A stretch of 39,053 nucleotides of DNA from a virus (lineage: Duplodnaviria; Heunggongvirae; Uroviricota; Caudoviricetes). Position numbers and translations under genes: made by a program. The stretch lies in IMG/VR virus record IMGVR_UViG_3300033150_000619, one strand, 5' to 3'. Positions within the stretch are counted from its first letter, which is position 1. Each line of letters begins with the position of its first letter. Of this stretch, positions 1-9,749 are shown one piece after another. Under the pieces are notes generated by a model. That model did not search any database, was not told the origin of the DNA, and saw only the letters and a list, made by a program, of their open reading frames with translations.

Positions 1-644
1 CTTGACACTATGTTTTCTAAGAGAGAAGCCACAGTTCTAGACTGACCGGTAGATTGATGTATTAGCTCTGGGTTATGACAGTTATGAACAACTATTCCAT
101 CAGCAATGTAGTTATGTGTATCTGTCTCTATGTTGAAGACTATATCATTATGTACTGATTCTTTTACTGAATATACCATCGGTTCGCTTAGGCATCTTAT
201 GCTAAAGGGTACATTCCTAAACCTATCAGATACTGGTTGTAGATCAAATGGAGGATTGACACCAACAACAGTCTTACCTAGAATATTCTTAGCCAAATGC
301 CAGTGTTGTCGATTTATCGTTCCTAGAATGGGATGTTCTGGTGTAATACGTAATCTATGATTACCGGTGGTTCTAATCTGTAGTAGTGTGTCTGCTACCC
401 TACTCATTGTTCTATTAACTCTAGATGGCACCAGCCTAGAATGTTCGGTTAAACCAAGAGTCCAATCTCCTATCTTGATATCCTCTATGTTCTTCCACGA
501 ATAGTTCGACATTAAGATAGAAGTGCCACTCGGTATACAATATTGACAGCGCAGGTTGCATCCGGCAAAGAATATTACGTAAGAAACATATCCTTCCCAG
601 TCAACAAGAGAGGTAGTTGTACCACCTATATATAACTCTCCCAT
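1..644 (-). CDS. nrdG: Radical-SAM anaerobic ribonucleotide reductase activating protein with mini-intein (3' end runs off the window; not in ORF track)
   Basis: Manual translation from ATG at 644: MGELYIGGTTTSLVDWEGYVSYVIFFAGCNLRCQY-[intein]-CHNPELIHQ. The spliced product has the CxxxCxxC-HNP signature and the SLVDW..IFFAGC lead-in typical of NrdG/PflA-type activases. Confidence 0.85.
   Translation of the reverse strand, partial: MGELYIGGTTTSLVDWEGYVSYVIFFAGCNLRCQYCIPSGTSILMSNYSWKNIEDIKIGDWTLGLTEHSRLVPSRVNRTMSRVADTLLQIRTTGNHRLRITPEHPILGTINRQHWHLAKNILGKTVVGVNPPFDLQPVSDRFRNVPFSIRCLSEPMVYSVKESVHNDIVFNIETDTHNYIADGIVVHNCHNPELIHQSTGQSRTVASLLENIVS
81..539 (-). mobile_element. Mini-intein (153 aa, no endonuclease) in the radical-SAM motif
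   Basis: Starts CIPSGTSILM, has block B ITPEHPIL and ends VFNIETDTHNYIADGIVVHN, with +1 Cys. Confidence 0.92.
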
Positions 645-1327
645 TATTCTAACTCCACATCCGTTAGTGCTACTCGAATCCATTTAGTGGTTTTAGGTCC
701 AACACCCTTGATCTTACGCAACTGACTATCAGTTGCTTCGTTAACTGCTTTGATAGTGGGGTACTTCTTCAGTATCTCTTTAGCAGTTTTCCTACCCAGA
801 CCAGGTATTGTACAGAGTATGTCTTCTCTAATTTCTTGTGCTGTGTAGTGTTTCTTCTTAACCGGCTTAAGGTACTCAACCTTTCCTCTGTCTGCTCTCC
901 TAAACGCAGCATCTATAATCTTAGCTGTCTGGTCTAGATGATTAGATGGCACTATGGGAATTCCCCAACCCATAGCTATCCCCAGCAATCCACCTATAAC
1001 CTTCATTTCATCTACAGCTGTTTTCTTGTTGTATGAATATGGTAATGCTCCTTCCAGTATTATCATAGGTCTTGGATAGTTCTCTTTAGCACCTTTGAGT
1101 TGATTCCATATTCGTCCGTCACGGAGGGACTTTAACAAATCCCCCACTGTTTTCCTTTCGATACAAACGTCAGAGAATAGATAGTCGCCGATTGTTAGAG
1201 TTTCATATGAAACGGTGTGACCAAACTTAGATCTAAGTGCTTCACAGAGTTCTTTAGGTTCACGGTTATCCATTCGGATATATGCAAACGACTGTGGGTT
1301 TTCCTTAGCTAAGTCATTGAGTGTCAA
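644..1327 (-). CDS. xpf: ERCC4/XPF structure-specific nuclease with C-terminal HhH (short form, no helicase)
   Basis: D.RE, GDY..ERKT..D nuclease motif, IPGLGRKTA and IKGVGPKT HhH motifs. Confidence 0.9.
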   Translation of the reverse strand: MTLNDLAKENPQSFAYIRMDNREPKELCEALRSKFGHTVSYETLTIGDYLFSDVCIERKTVGDLLKSLRDGRIWNQLKGAKENYPRPMIILEGALPYSYNKKTAVDEMKVIGGLLGIAMGWGIPIVPSNHLDQTAKIIDAAFRRADRGKVEYLKPVKKKHYTAQEIREDILCTIPGLGRKTAKEILKKYPTIKAVNEATDSQLRKIKGVGPKTTKWIRVALTDVELE

Positions 1328-1548
1328 CGTAAATCCTTCACCAACATAGGTAATAGCTCGATGTTCATATATACGGGGTGTCCTGCTATTGCGCTGATCA
1401 TTACGCTATGCACTCCTCTAACTTCATGTCCCTTAAAATAAACTCTGCACCTTTCTGCGGTACTCCCAAAGGTGAACTTCCATTCCCCAGCTATAACCTC
1501 ACTCTCTGAGATTAGTTCAGACCTTCTCACAGGCTTGGGTCTACTCAA
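1324..1548 (-). CDS. hypothetical protein
   Basis: Fills the gap, overlapping both neighbours. Confidence 0.6.
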   Translation of the reverse strand: MSRPKPVRRSELISESEVIAGEWKFTFGSTAERCRVYFKGHEVRGVHSVMISAIAGHPVYMNIELLPMLVKDLR

Positions 1549-2422
1549 GAGTTACACTACCTGCGTCAGACTTACCTATGTCTATATATCCTGTGTCTTT
1601 AGCTAGGATAGCATGACTCATTGTTTCCATAAGACCCGGCCATCTGAATCTGTATATCCTCCTGACCTGTTCTCCATACCTCTCCCTATCTGCCTTAAGC
1701 CCGCTAAGTAAGCCAACCCATCTCTTGACGTAATATATCATGTTAGCACCGCCCCACGGCTGTATTCCATACATCATTGGATTCTTAGTCCCGTGATTAG
1801 TTATTATGAATCCTATATTGAACTCATTAGCAATTACTAGGGCTGTATCTAACATGGTCTGGATTAAAGAAGCTCTTGCTGGGAAATTCTGTGTAGTAGA
1901 TGCAATCTTAGACTTAATGGGTACGGTTATGCTATCTATGATTATGAGACCTGGCTTCTTAAAGCTCCTCAACTCCTTGTAGGCTTCGGAGTATGTTATC
2001 CAGTCTTGAGATTGGTGTGTGGTCTTTGTATCTTTAGATGTCCATTTCTTAGGGAACTTAGCCATAGCAGATACCCTTGCCTGCTCCTGCGTTATCTGGA
2101 ATTCTATACCGAAGTATCTGCCCAACGCAAACAGATCTCTCATCTGCTTTAGATGAATTCTATCCCTAACACTCTCGTCTAGTCCCCAACGCTTAATGAA
2201 CCAACCGGTTATTCTATTCCAGTCATTCTCTAACTGATAGAATGCCTCAGTATCAATGTAAACAACATCATAGCCTAGGGATGCAAACCTAACAGCAACC
2301 TGTGTAGATAGTATTGACTTACCTATATTTTGAATACCATAGAATCCAACTGGACTTCCTAGAGGAATACCACCATTCATTACCTTATCTATACTGTCGC
2401 AACCTGTACTGATTATACTCAT
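1541..2422 (-). CDS. RecA-superfamily ATPase, RadB-like (lacks the RadA N-terminal domain)
   Basis: ISTGCDSIDKVMNGGIP start, Walker A GIQNIGKS, YIDTE, Walker B LIIIDS, ITNH, PWGG. Confidence 0.85.
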   Translation of the reverse strand: MSIISTGCDSIDKVMNGGIPLGSPVGFYGIQNIGKSILSTQVAVRFASLGYDVVYIDTEAFYQLENDWNRITGWFIKRWGLDESVRDRIHLKQMRDLFALGRYFGIEFQITQEQARVSAMAKFPKKWTSKDTKTTHQSQDWITYSEAYKELRSFKKPGLIIIDSITVPIKSKIASTTQNFPARASLIQTMLDTALVIANEFNIGFIITNHGTKNPMMYGIQPWGGANMIYYVKRWVGLLSGLKADRERYGEQVRRIYRFRWPGLMETMSHAILAKDTGYIDIGKSDAGSVTLE

Positions 2423-2467
2423 TATTGTTCAACAATTAGAGTACCCTCAGTGTTTAAAAAGATATAG

Positions 2468-3217
2468 TTATGATGCTCTAAATCCCCTAAATCTACCGTA
2501 TCGGCTTGAACCATAGAGCTTTCTGCTCTCCCACTGGTCTACAGCCTTTCTAGCGAACTTTAGCTCCTTCCATGTATTTACTGTTATCCACTTACCGTCT
2601 AGGTCTAGGAATGTCAGCTCGTTATCTTTGACAGATTGAGGAAAGACTAGATCCTCATAGTTGCCATAGTCTGGGAACTTACGTATATATGACTTGGAGA
2701 ATGCATAGTGCCCTGAATTGACTTTGTAGTCCATCATTGGTTTCTGGTCAAACTTAGTTATTCTCCAACCTCTGGATTTGATGATACCATAGGGAAACTT
2801 ACCTCTGGAAGTCAGTATACTACCTAGGTAGCCACGGTCTAAGGTATCTACCAGATCCTGAGGAGTATAGACATCTGATAAAACCAGGTCATCTACATTC
2901 ATTACGTAGACCGATGGTGTAGTAACCATTTCAGAAGCTAGCTTAACTGCCCCAGCCGTTCCTAACTTCTCCTTCTCATTTGAGATATGAGCCAGCTTCA
3001 ATGTCTCAGGTGAATGTTCTACTAGATGTTCAAATGTAATGTCGTTAATGGCTATGATAATATTCTTAGCACCATGCTTCCTTAACCAGTTAGCTTGGTA
3101 GTGTAGGAGATTCTGGTTCTTGTAGATTATCTGTACCTGTTTTGGTAACTGACTCTCCAGCTTCATCCGAGACGACGTACCCCCACCTAATATGATAGCG
3201 TCGAATTCCCTATCCAT
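2468..3217 (-). CDS. Sugar-1-phosphate nucleotidyltransferase
   Basis: AIILGGGTSSR..LPK, E.EKLGTAGAV, YG(I), VNSGHY, W.TVNT. Confidence 0.88.
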   Translation of the reverse strand: MDREFDAIILGGGTSSRMKLESQLPKQVQIIYKNQNLLHYQANWLRKHGAKNIIIAINDITFEHLVEHSPETLKLAHISNEKEKLGTAGAVKLASEMVTTPSVYVMNVDDLVLSDVYTPQDLVDTLDRGYLGSILTSRGKFPYGIIKSRGWRITKFDQKPMMDYKVNSGHYAFSKSYIRKFPDYGNYEDLVFPQSVKDNELTFLDLDGKWITVNTWKELKFARKAVDQWESRKLYGSSRYGRFRGFRAS

Positions 3218-3220
3218 AAG

Positions 3221-3523
3221 TTACTCACCGTTCGAATATATGATAGCAGATCTTTCTATCTTAAGTAATGCATCCTCAAGGTAACGAGTCCACTCACTAA
3301 GTCCGCACTGTCTAGTATGATACAGTAGGTGGAGTATTACTTCTCTGTGCTGTCTTAAGCTATTGAAATCATCATTCATTAGACGACGCCCGACATAGAA
3401 TATTGCAGATCCTAGATGAGGTATATCTAACTTCCCAGTAGCGTCATGATGAGGGAATAGCCTCTTCTCTTTATCCCTACTAACAAACGCAAAACAGGAA
3501 TCTGGTAGCTGTCTATCTATCAT
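3221..3523 (-). CDS. hypothetical protein with LPDS.FA...R.FPHHD motif (DUF6582-like, seen in viral proteins)
   Basis: Motif recognised from memory only. Confidence 0.5.
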   Translation of the reverse strand: MIDRQLPDSCFAFVSRDKEKRLFPHHDATGKLDIPHLGSAIFYVGRRLMNDDFNSLRQHREVILHLLYHTRQCGLSEWTRYLEDALLKIERSAIIYSNGE

Positions 3524-5526
3524 ACTAACACTCCTTCATATAGATAGTCATCCCATCTTCCTTTGTAGTATTTGGACATCTCATCAAAGGCTACGCTAAG
3601 CGGAGTCTCATTCTTGATTCCAAACCTATAGGAAAGCTTAGTTCCATCTAACTTAGAGTGTTCATTCTCTAGCTTAGATCTAAGTGGCGGATATGGTTCA
3701 AACTGAATTCTCGGTGATTTATTAAGAGTCTTACCGCAGGTTTGTATTGCCTTAAGCCATGTCGAATACTCTCCCCCTGGTAGGTTGAAATAGTCACCTG
3801 TCTTACAGTTCTCCCATCCTCTATCTGAGAGTCCTATTGTCTTGTAGGCGTTAACAGCATCACCAACATATAGGAAATCTCTGGTCTGCAGTCCATCTCC
3901 CCAGAAGCCTATGGTTTCATCTCTAGATACGCATCTAAATATCCATGATATCATTTGATAGGCTCTTGTATGCAACCCCTGTCTAGGTCCAACTAAGTTA
4001 GCCATACGTAGAGAAACTGATGGTATCTCATCGTGATGACTGTACTTTAGTATATATTTCTCAGCAGCCAGCTTAGATATCCCATAAGAATCTAATGGAT
4101 TAGGAACATGATCTTCCGTTACAGGTAATGTACTCAGTGGAGTATACCCATATACCGATCTAGAATTGCCAGTATACATGAATTTGCCATCTAACTCTGA
4201 TAGGAAGTTCTCATTGTCCTGCACTTCTAAACACCAGACAATCCCATTATACTTTTCCATGGTAATAGACGATGGAGTTATCATTGGTGTAGTAGCTGAC
4301 ATATTGATTACATACGTCTCACTTCCGTAAATCAATGAATCTCTTGGAGATATAGTAGATATCGTAGCCCATTTACCCAGCTTTATCATTACTTCAGCAA
4401 CATCATTGGAGAGTTCTCTTGATATAGTATATATTCTATTCTTAGAGCCACTAGAATCCATTAGTCCATCCATAAGATGACTTAGTAATGATGGAGTTGC
4501 GCTTTTGTACTTAAGAGGTATATGTTTGTCATGCACAGAATTACCACACTCAGACAGTAATGATTGTAGCTCTGGATGAGTAAACATAATTCTATCTTTA
4601 TATGAATGAACTGTTATTCCATACTTCTCTAATATTAGAGTAACCCTGTCTATTGATCCACGCGGTAAATGTAAATACATACTATCGTTGGTTTTACGAC
4701 TCTGTGAGCCGTGATCTACTGTAATAAATCGTCCTCTGTTAAGCCCAGAATCTGAAGTGTAATAGTGTAGCTGCCTAGACCCATCTCCAATGTAAATCCC
4801 CAGTAAGTACATAAAGTCTGATTTATCCATGTCAATATCAATAGGAATATCAGAACCCCTCCATATTGATTTAAGGAACCTAGTATTAGACTTTCTATCT
4901 AATATCTGCATTGAAGTACGTTCTATTAAATTACCCCCGTCAGTCTCTATTAGCATTCTGTGATTAGGAGTACTTTTACTTCTAATATGCTCCCCATCCA
5001 TGTTTACTAATGAACCTCTGAACGGAAACGTCAGTACTTTAACTATTGGTTTTAGTTCCATTACCTTAGTAACTGGATTTATAGAGTAGACCAATTCACC
5101 CTCAGATAGCTCATGCCATTGTTTAAGTCCAGATTGGGTAAACACTCTTGAATCTTCACTTAAGCAACACGCGTAAACCAATCTAGGTTTATGCTCAAGT
5201 TTCCTAATACCCTCTAGTAGATTGATGGTCCCTATTATATTGCTATTAACATCTAAGTATGGATCCTTCTCTGCAAGAATGTGGCTGACATTAGCAGCTA
5301 AGTGAAAGACTGCATCCTTGTCTTTACAGTAATCTCTCCAGAATGTATCCCTAGCAATACACGCCTGTATTAACTCATACTGACCTTCCATATCCCACAC
5401 ATTACGTAGGTTAGTAGAACAGTCTACCACCGTTACTTCATGACCGTCTTCAATACAAGACTTAGTTAGGTTAGAACCTAAGAAACCGAGACCACCTGTA
5501 ATCAGGACCTTCTTACTTTCGCCCAT
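3520..5526 (-). CDS. NAD-dependent NDP-sugar epimerase/dehydratase (extended SDR) with intein
   Basis: TGGLGFLG, FHLAA, N..GT.NLLE, YGISK (YxxxK), GDGLQTRDFLYVGD. The spliced protein is 334 aa. Confidence 0.92.
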   Translation of the reverse strand: MGESKKVLITGGLGFLGSNLTKSCIEDGHEVTVVDCSTNLRNVWDMEGQYELIQACIARDTFWRDYCKDKDAVFHLAANVSHILAEKDPYLDVNSNIIGTINLLEGIRKLEHKPRLVYACCLSEDSRVFTQSGLKQWHELSEGELVYSINPVTKVMELKPIVKVLTFPFRGSLVNMDGEHIRSKSTPNHRMLIETDGGNLIERTSMQILDRKSNTRFLKSIWRGSDIPIDIDMDKSDFMYLLGIYIGDGSRQLHYYTSDSGLNRGRFITVDHGSQSRKTNDSMYLHLPRGSIDRVTLILEKYGITVHSYKDRIMFTHPELQSLLSECGNSVHDKHIPLKYKSATPSLLSHLMDGLMDSSGSKNRIYTISRELSNDVAEVMIKLGKWATISTISPRDSLIYGSETYVINMSATTPMITPSSITMEKYNGIVWCLEVQDNENFLSELDGKFMYTGNSRSVYGYTPLSTLPVTEDHVPNPLDSYGISKLAAEKYILKYSHHDEIPSVSLRMANLVGPRQGLHTRAYQMISWIFRCVSRDETIGFWGDGLQTRDFLYVGDAVNAYKTIGLSDRGWENCKTGDYFNLPGGEYSTWLKAIQTCGKTLNKSPRIQFEPYPPLRSKLENEHSKLDGTKLSYRFGIKNETPLSVAFDEMSKYYKGRWDDYLYEGVLV
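4165..5166 (-). mobile_element. Intein (334 aa) with LAGLIDADG domain, possibly degenerate
   Basis: CLSEDSRV ... STPNHRML ... LLGIYIGDGS ... LMDGLMDSSGS ... VWCLEVQDNENF..YTGN, with +1 Ser. Confidence 0.9.
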
Positions 5527-5604
5527 TTCTATCCCGAATATAATATCTTAACCGTTAATATTAAGCCTCTGTCTTATGTAGGGCTTCAGCCGCTTAAGTC
5601 ACAG

Positions 5605-6213
5605 TCAACAACCTTGAGCTTCCCACTTCTTATATAACTCAAGTGTTCTCTTTACCTCCTCTACGTTCTCATAGGTCTTATCATGAATGATAATACCATA
5701 TCCGTCATAGAGTGATGTATCTGTTAAACCTAGAGGAACGTCTACTGTAGAGAGACTCAGCTGGTCTTCGTATATTACTCCACTATAACGAGCATTATGT
5801 TTGAATACCCTTAGATTCCAGTCTGGAAAGTCTTTTCCTACCTGTAAATTAAAGTTAGCATCATATATGATATTGAATCTCGGGAGGTACCAGCCACCAA
5901 CATTTCCTTCACGACATAGATCAACTAAGTCTGCACCAAGCCTTGGATCTAAGAATTCGTCTGGGTCCAATACCAGAATCCAATCTCCGCTACTAGCTTC
6001 TATAAGCTTATTCCTATGGTGCTCTACTATAGAACCCTCCAGATTATCTACTACGAACTTGTCTGTATATGGTAGTAGTCTATCTATGAATCTGCAACTT
6101 CTATCAACCATTAAGACTACTTCGTCTACATACGGTCTAGCAGACTTAAGGCATCTATCTATGACATTGGTCTCGTCCCATATCACAACATTTAAGCTAA
6201 TCAAATCTATCAC
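5605..6213 (-). CDS. Glycosyltransferase family 2
   Basis: ISLNVVIWDE..IDRCLKS, RN.LIEASSGDWILVLDPDE, PDWNLRVFK. Confidence 0.88.
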   Translation of the reverse strand: MIDLISLNVVIWDETNVIDRCLKSARPYVDEVVLMVDRSCRFIDRLLPYTDKFVVDNLEGSIVEHHRNKLIEASSGDWILVLDPDEFLDPRLGADLVDLCREGNVGGWYLPRFNIIYDANFNLQVGKDFPDWNLRVFKHNARYSGVIYEDQLSLSTVDVPLGLTDTSLYDGYGIIIHDKTYENVEEVKRTLELYKKWEAQGC

Positions 6214-6248
6214 TCAGAGATTGTTTCTGTACAGATATCTCATGCTCT

Positions 6249-6920
6249 TTAGTCGAGTAACGATTGAGCAATGGCAACAGCCAACTTCCAATCTTCTTCG
6301 GTATCTATATCGACATTCTGCGGGAACGGAACTTCGATCATATATGGGTTGGAGGATACTCTACCATCCAGCATAAAACCTGTATAGTCGAATGCGTAGA
6401 AACAGGAGTTATCTTCGTATACAGGACATAGGTCCTGAGTCTGCTTAATCTCTCCTCTTCTAAAGTTGACTGGTAATCCTTTGTACCACATACGACACTG
6501 ATGCCTAGTAACTCCCATAACCGACCTATGAGAACTTTGACTGTAATGATCTATATTGCCTATAGCCTGTTGCAGTAAGTCTTTAGATACAAAGGGATTG
6601 GTTATATGGACCTGCAAATAATACGGGTAGTTTACATTACATCCTATCATCCAGTCATCTATAATAGTATTCATAGAAACATCATGCCCACGGACATCGT
6701 CTGGTCTCAGGTAGTAGTTTAGGTTATATCCACCTTCTTCGTACAACTCTATGACTTTAGTAGAATCTGTATTGATCCAAATGTCTAAGTCATAGAGGTT
6801 TATCTCTTGAAGAGTATCGACAATCCAATAAGCTAAGGGCTTATCTCCCAATATCCTAAATGTCTTGTTTGGTACTCTCTGACTCTTCTCCTTGATTGGA
6901 ATCATTACTCCAACTGTCAT
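6249..6920 (-). CDS. Acylneuraminate/nonulosonate cytidylyltransferase (NeuA/KdsB family)
   Basis: IPIKEKSQRVPNK..GDKPL, NTDS, RP, T.PF, TQDL..VYEDNS..Y, DIDTEEDW. Confidence 0.88.
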   Translation of the reverse strand: MTVGVMIPIKEKSQRVPNKTFRILGDKPLAYWIVDTLQEINLYDLDIWINTDSTKVIELYEEGGYNLNYYLRPDDVRGHDVSMNTIIDDWMIGCNVNYPYYLQVHITNPFVSKDLLQQAIGNIDHYSQSSHRSVMGVTRHQCRMWYKGLPVNFRRGEIKQTQDLCPVYEDNSCFYAFDYTGFMLDGRVSSNPYMIEVPFPQNVDIDTEEDWKLAVAIAQSLLD

Positions 6921-7488
6921 TCTGTATATTTCTCCTTAAGAAGTATAGGTCACAGAACCTGCCCCTAGAAGTCCAACCGGGGATGTTCCGTATTCTCTTT
7001 TCTGGTATGACAACATTATCAAATATCAGATATCCACCATCACTTAGATCTAAGTCATAATATTCCCAGTTGAACATATGATCATGGGAGTATACGTAGA
7101 TAGAAGCTAGTCTACTACCCTTTAGCCTATCTACCTCATCCCTACGAATTACTTCAGTTGCCCCCTGCCTAACTAAGAAACTATTGAGGAACTCTGGTAC
7201 AACAGTAACTACTCTTTGCTGTTTATACCCGATATTCCTTATCAGTTTCTCTATGAACTCAGAGGTCCAATTATCATAGGATCCAATAACCAGATGAATC
7301 ACATCATCTGAGTCGGGTCTGGTCTTTGCAGATTCGATAATGGCGTATCCGATAGCAGTCTTAATAGTAATAGGCGTCTTCTCAAGAGCTACAGATTCTA
7401 CTTCCTCTATTGTTGTCTCTATCAATCTATTCGTTTCGGATGGGTTAAACCAGAACTTCTTAAGATCCTTCCACGCCATCTCCTTCAC
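6856..7488 (-). CDS. hypothetical protein, possible divergent class I SAM methyltransferase fold
   Basis: C-terminal LSDGGYLIFDNV resembles the L..GG.iifD strand of class I MTases; no clear motif I. Confidence 0.4.
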   Translation of the reverse strand: MKEMAWKDLKKFWFNPSETNRLIETTIEEVESVALEKTPITIKTAIGYAIIESAKTRPDSDDVIHLVIGSYDNWTSEFIEKLIRNIGYKQQRVVTVVPEFLNSFLVRQGATEVIRRDEVDRLKGSRLASIYVYSHDHMFNWEYYDLDLSDGGYLIFDNVVIPEKRIRNIPGWTSRGRFCDLYFLRRNIQNDSWSNDSNQGEESESTKQDI

Positions 7489-7526
7489 TCATTACACTTT
7501 ATGCTAACACAGTATCAAATAAAAGA

Positions 7527-8318
7527 TTATAGTCTACCAAGCCATTTATCCCTCTCAATAGTAGACCTACGTATTTTATCGTCTATGTCTGGTATCATCT
7601 CACGATTTCGGGTAGCGTGTCCATAATGGAATAGGAATACAGAGGGCACCACCCATGTCTCCAACTCCTTATCGTGTAGTCCCTTCATAAGGTAGGCACC
7701 TGTATGAGATATCCTATAGTCCTGTGGGTACTTTATGTCTAGGAATGTATCTCTCCTCATAGTTGTTCCTCCTCCCTCTAATACTAAGTCTCCACGGAAA
7801 GGCTTAGATCTAAGTCTTGCCAGATAGTATTTGATGTAAGGGGAGACGTCATCTGCATGATGAAAGACTGACCCATCCTTTCTGTCATACTGAAGTATTC
7901 TAGCATATGCACTATCAATAGGTTCAGTAAATGACCTTAGCCTCGTGTCGTCATGAACTAGATTACATGCTGGTGCTACTGCACCTATTTGCTCCCTCGA
8001 CTTCAGCACACGCAGCAATCTCTTAGTCCACCCAACCTGAGTAACACGTATGTCGTTATCTAAGAAACATATAGTTTCGGATTGGGTCTCTTGTGCAGCA
8101 ACATTACGTGCATTACAAGCACCTAAGTTCCTACGTAATAAGATTAAGTGATCTATATCTACTGATGACAACCACTCCTGCGTTCCGTCCTCAGAGCCAT
8201 TATCTATCCATACCAATTCTGCATTGGGATTACTTGTGTACCTCTTGTATGCCTTATAGCATATCTTGCTGTAGGGAAGAGCATTCCACGACGTTACTAT
8301 TACAGAGATGGAGTCCAT
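7527..8318 (-). CDS. Glycosyltransferase family 2
   Basis: SVIVTSWN, IDNGSEDGT, NLGACNARN, FLDND. Confidence 0.9.
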   Translation of the reverse strand: MDSISVIVTSWNALPYSKICYKAYKRYTSNPNAELVWIDNGSEDGTQEWLSSVDIDHLILLRRNLGACNARNVAAQETQSETICFLDNDIRVTQVGWTKRLLRVLKSREQIGAVAPACNLVHDDTRLRSFTEPIDSAYARILQYDRKDGSVFHHADDVSPYIKYYLARLRSKPFRGDLVLEGGGTTMRRDTFLDIKYPQDYRISHTGAYLMKGLHDKELETWVVPSVFLFHYGHATRNREMIPDIDDKIRRSTIERDKWLGRL

Positions 8319-9265
8319 ATCCTCACCGCTCTATCATCGTTAAAGCCAGGCGGGTTCTGCATAGGTCTTACTGTCTCCCATATTGCCTTAATAGTGTCTA
8401 CGTCCCACTTCTCGTAGAACCTTTGTCTGGGATGGACGTAAGTAACACCATACTCCTCCTTCAGCTCTTTGGTTCTCTTTCCTTCTTTGCCACCGTGTTG
8501 AGATATAGTCTTGCTCACGTAATGGACTATTTTAGTATGGGAGGTAGACACCACCTTCCATCCATTTAACCATAGTCTCATACAGTAATCCACCTCATCA
8601 TTACCGAAGAAGAATGATTCATCGAAGAACCCTACATCTTCTACTGCTTCACGACGCAGTAAGATGCAGGCGCCAGGCATCCACATTACCGGAACTTCAT
8701 GCGCTCCACTCCAATGCAGTGTTATATCAAAATATCCTAGTCTATTCTTCCCCATGTCCCTTATAGTACCTCCCTTAGTTGTTTGGATAGGCGACGCATA
8801 TCCCACATTAGGATCATCGAAGCAATGTAAGACATATGACAGCCACTTCTTAGAGAAGAGTATATCGTTGTTTAATATACCAATGTAATCATAGCCATTA
8901 TCTAGTGCATGTTCCAGGGCTCTATTCCACGCATAGGATATCCAGTAAGGTCTGTCCAGTTCTATTAGCTTAACGTATGGAAACTCAGATCTAAGTCTAT
9001 CTGGCGTTCCATCTGTAGAAGCTCCGTCCAGGACTATAGTGTCAATAGGATACTCTGTATTTGCACGCAGTGACTGCAAACAATCTCTAGTGTAACTCCA
9101 CTGATTCAGTGTTGTAATAATGATACCTACTCTCTTATCAAGTGATATAGGTGTCATCGGTAGCTCCTGTGAAGCGACCTGCAATCCATTCTTAATGCAG
9201 ACTCTGCAATAGTTACCTTCCCCAATAAAAATAGATCCACATCCCCAACACTTATGCTGAGTCAT
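8300..9265 (-). CDS. Glycosyltransferase family 2 with N-terminal CxxC-x9-CxxC module
   Basis: DGASTDGT, LNNDI, GACILLRREAVEDVGFFDE..DYCMR, VHY; N-terminal CWGC...CRVC. Confidence 0.9.
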   Translation of the reverse strand: MTQHKCWGCGSIFIGEGNYCRVCIKNGLQVASQELPMTPISLDKRVGIIITTLNQWSYTRDCLQSLRANTEYPIDTIVLDGASTDGTPDRLRSEFPYVKLIELDRPYWISYAWNRALEHALDNGYDYIGILNNDILFSKKWLSYVLHCFDDPNVGYASPIQTTKGGTIRDMGKNRLGYFDITLHWSGAHEVPVMWMPGACILLRREAVEDVGFFDESFFFGNDEVDYCMRLWLNGWKVVSTSHTKIVHYVSKTISQHGGKEGKRTKELKEEYGVTYVHPRQRFYEKWDVDTIKAIWETVRPMQNPPGFNDDRAVRIWTPSL

Positions 9266-9743
9266 TCCCTCTACTAACCATCCATTGATTTTGTAGAACT
9301 ACCAGTTCAGATATCTCTTCATGAGATACCCCTCCCTCTTTATTCTTATAGTAGATGTCGGTTAAGCCTGCATTGATTATCATCCTTTGACATATATGAC
9401 AGGGTCTGTCACAATCTCCATCCTCTGCACTATTCAGGAATAGTATACCTCCCTTAATCATAATTCCATTTCTTGCCGCGTTGATAATAGCATTCTGCTC
9501 AGCATGAACAGCAGCACAGTATTGATAACTGGTATAGTGAGGTTCATTCATTATGTCCTTACCACAGGGAACGTCTTCTCCACAGTTCAGTGTTCCCCTG
9601 GCTGAGCCGTTATATCCATCGGAAAGGTGTACTCCGTCCTGAGATGTTATAATAGCCCCAAACTTCCTTCTCTGACATTTAGATCTCTTGGCTATTACCC
9701 TACACTCATCAAGGAAGCTATTAATCCTATCTCTATTCATCAT
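9252..9743 (-). CDS. dCMP deaminase family protein
   Basis: RSKC.RRKFGA, GYNG, HAEQNA, PCHIC, INAG. Confidence 0.93.
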   Translation of the reverse strand: MMNRDRINSFLDECRVIAKRSKCQRRKFGAIITSQDGVHLSDGYNGSARGTLNCGEDVPCGKDIMNEPHYTSYQYCAAVHAEQNAIINAARNGIMIKGGILFLNSAEDGDCDRPCHICQRMIINAGLTDIYYKNKEGGVSHEEISELVVLQNQWMVSRGNDSA

Positions 9744-9749
9744 ATCTAC

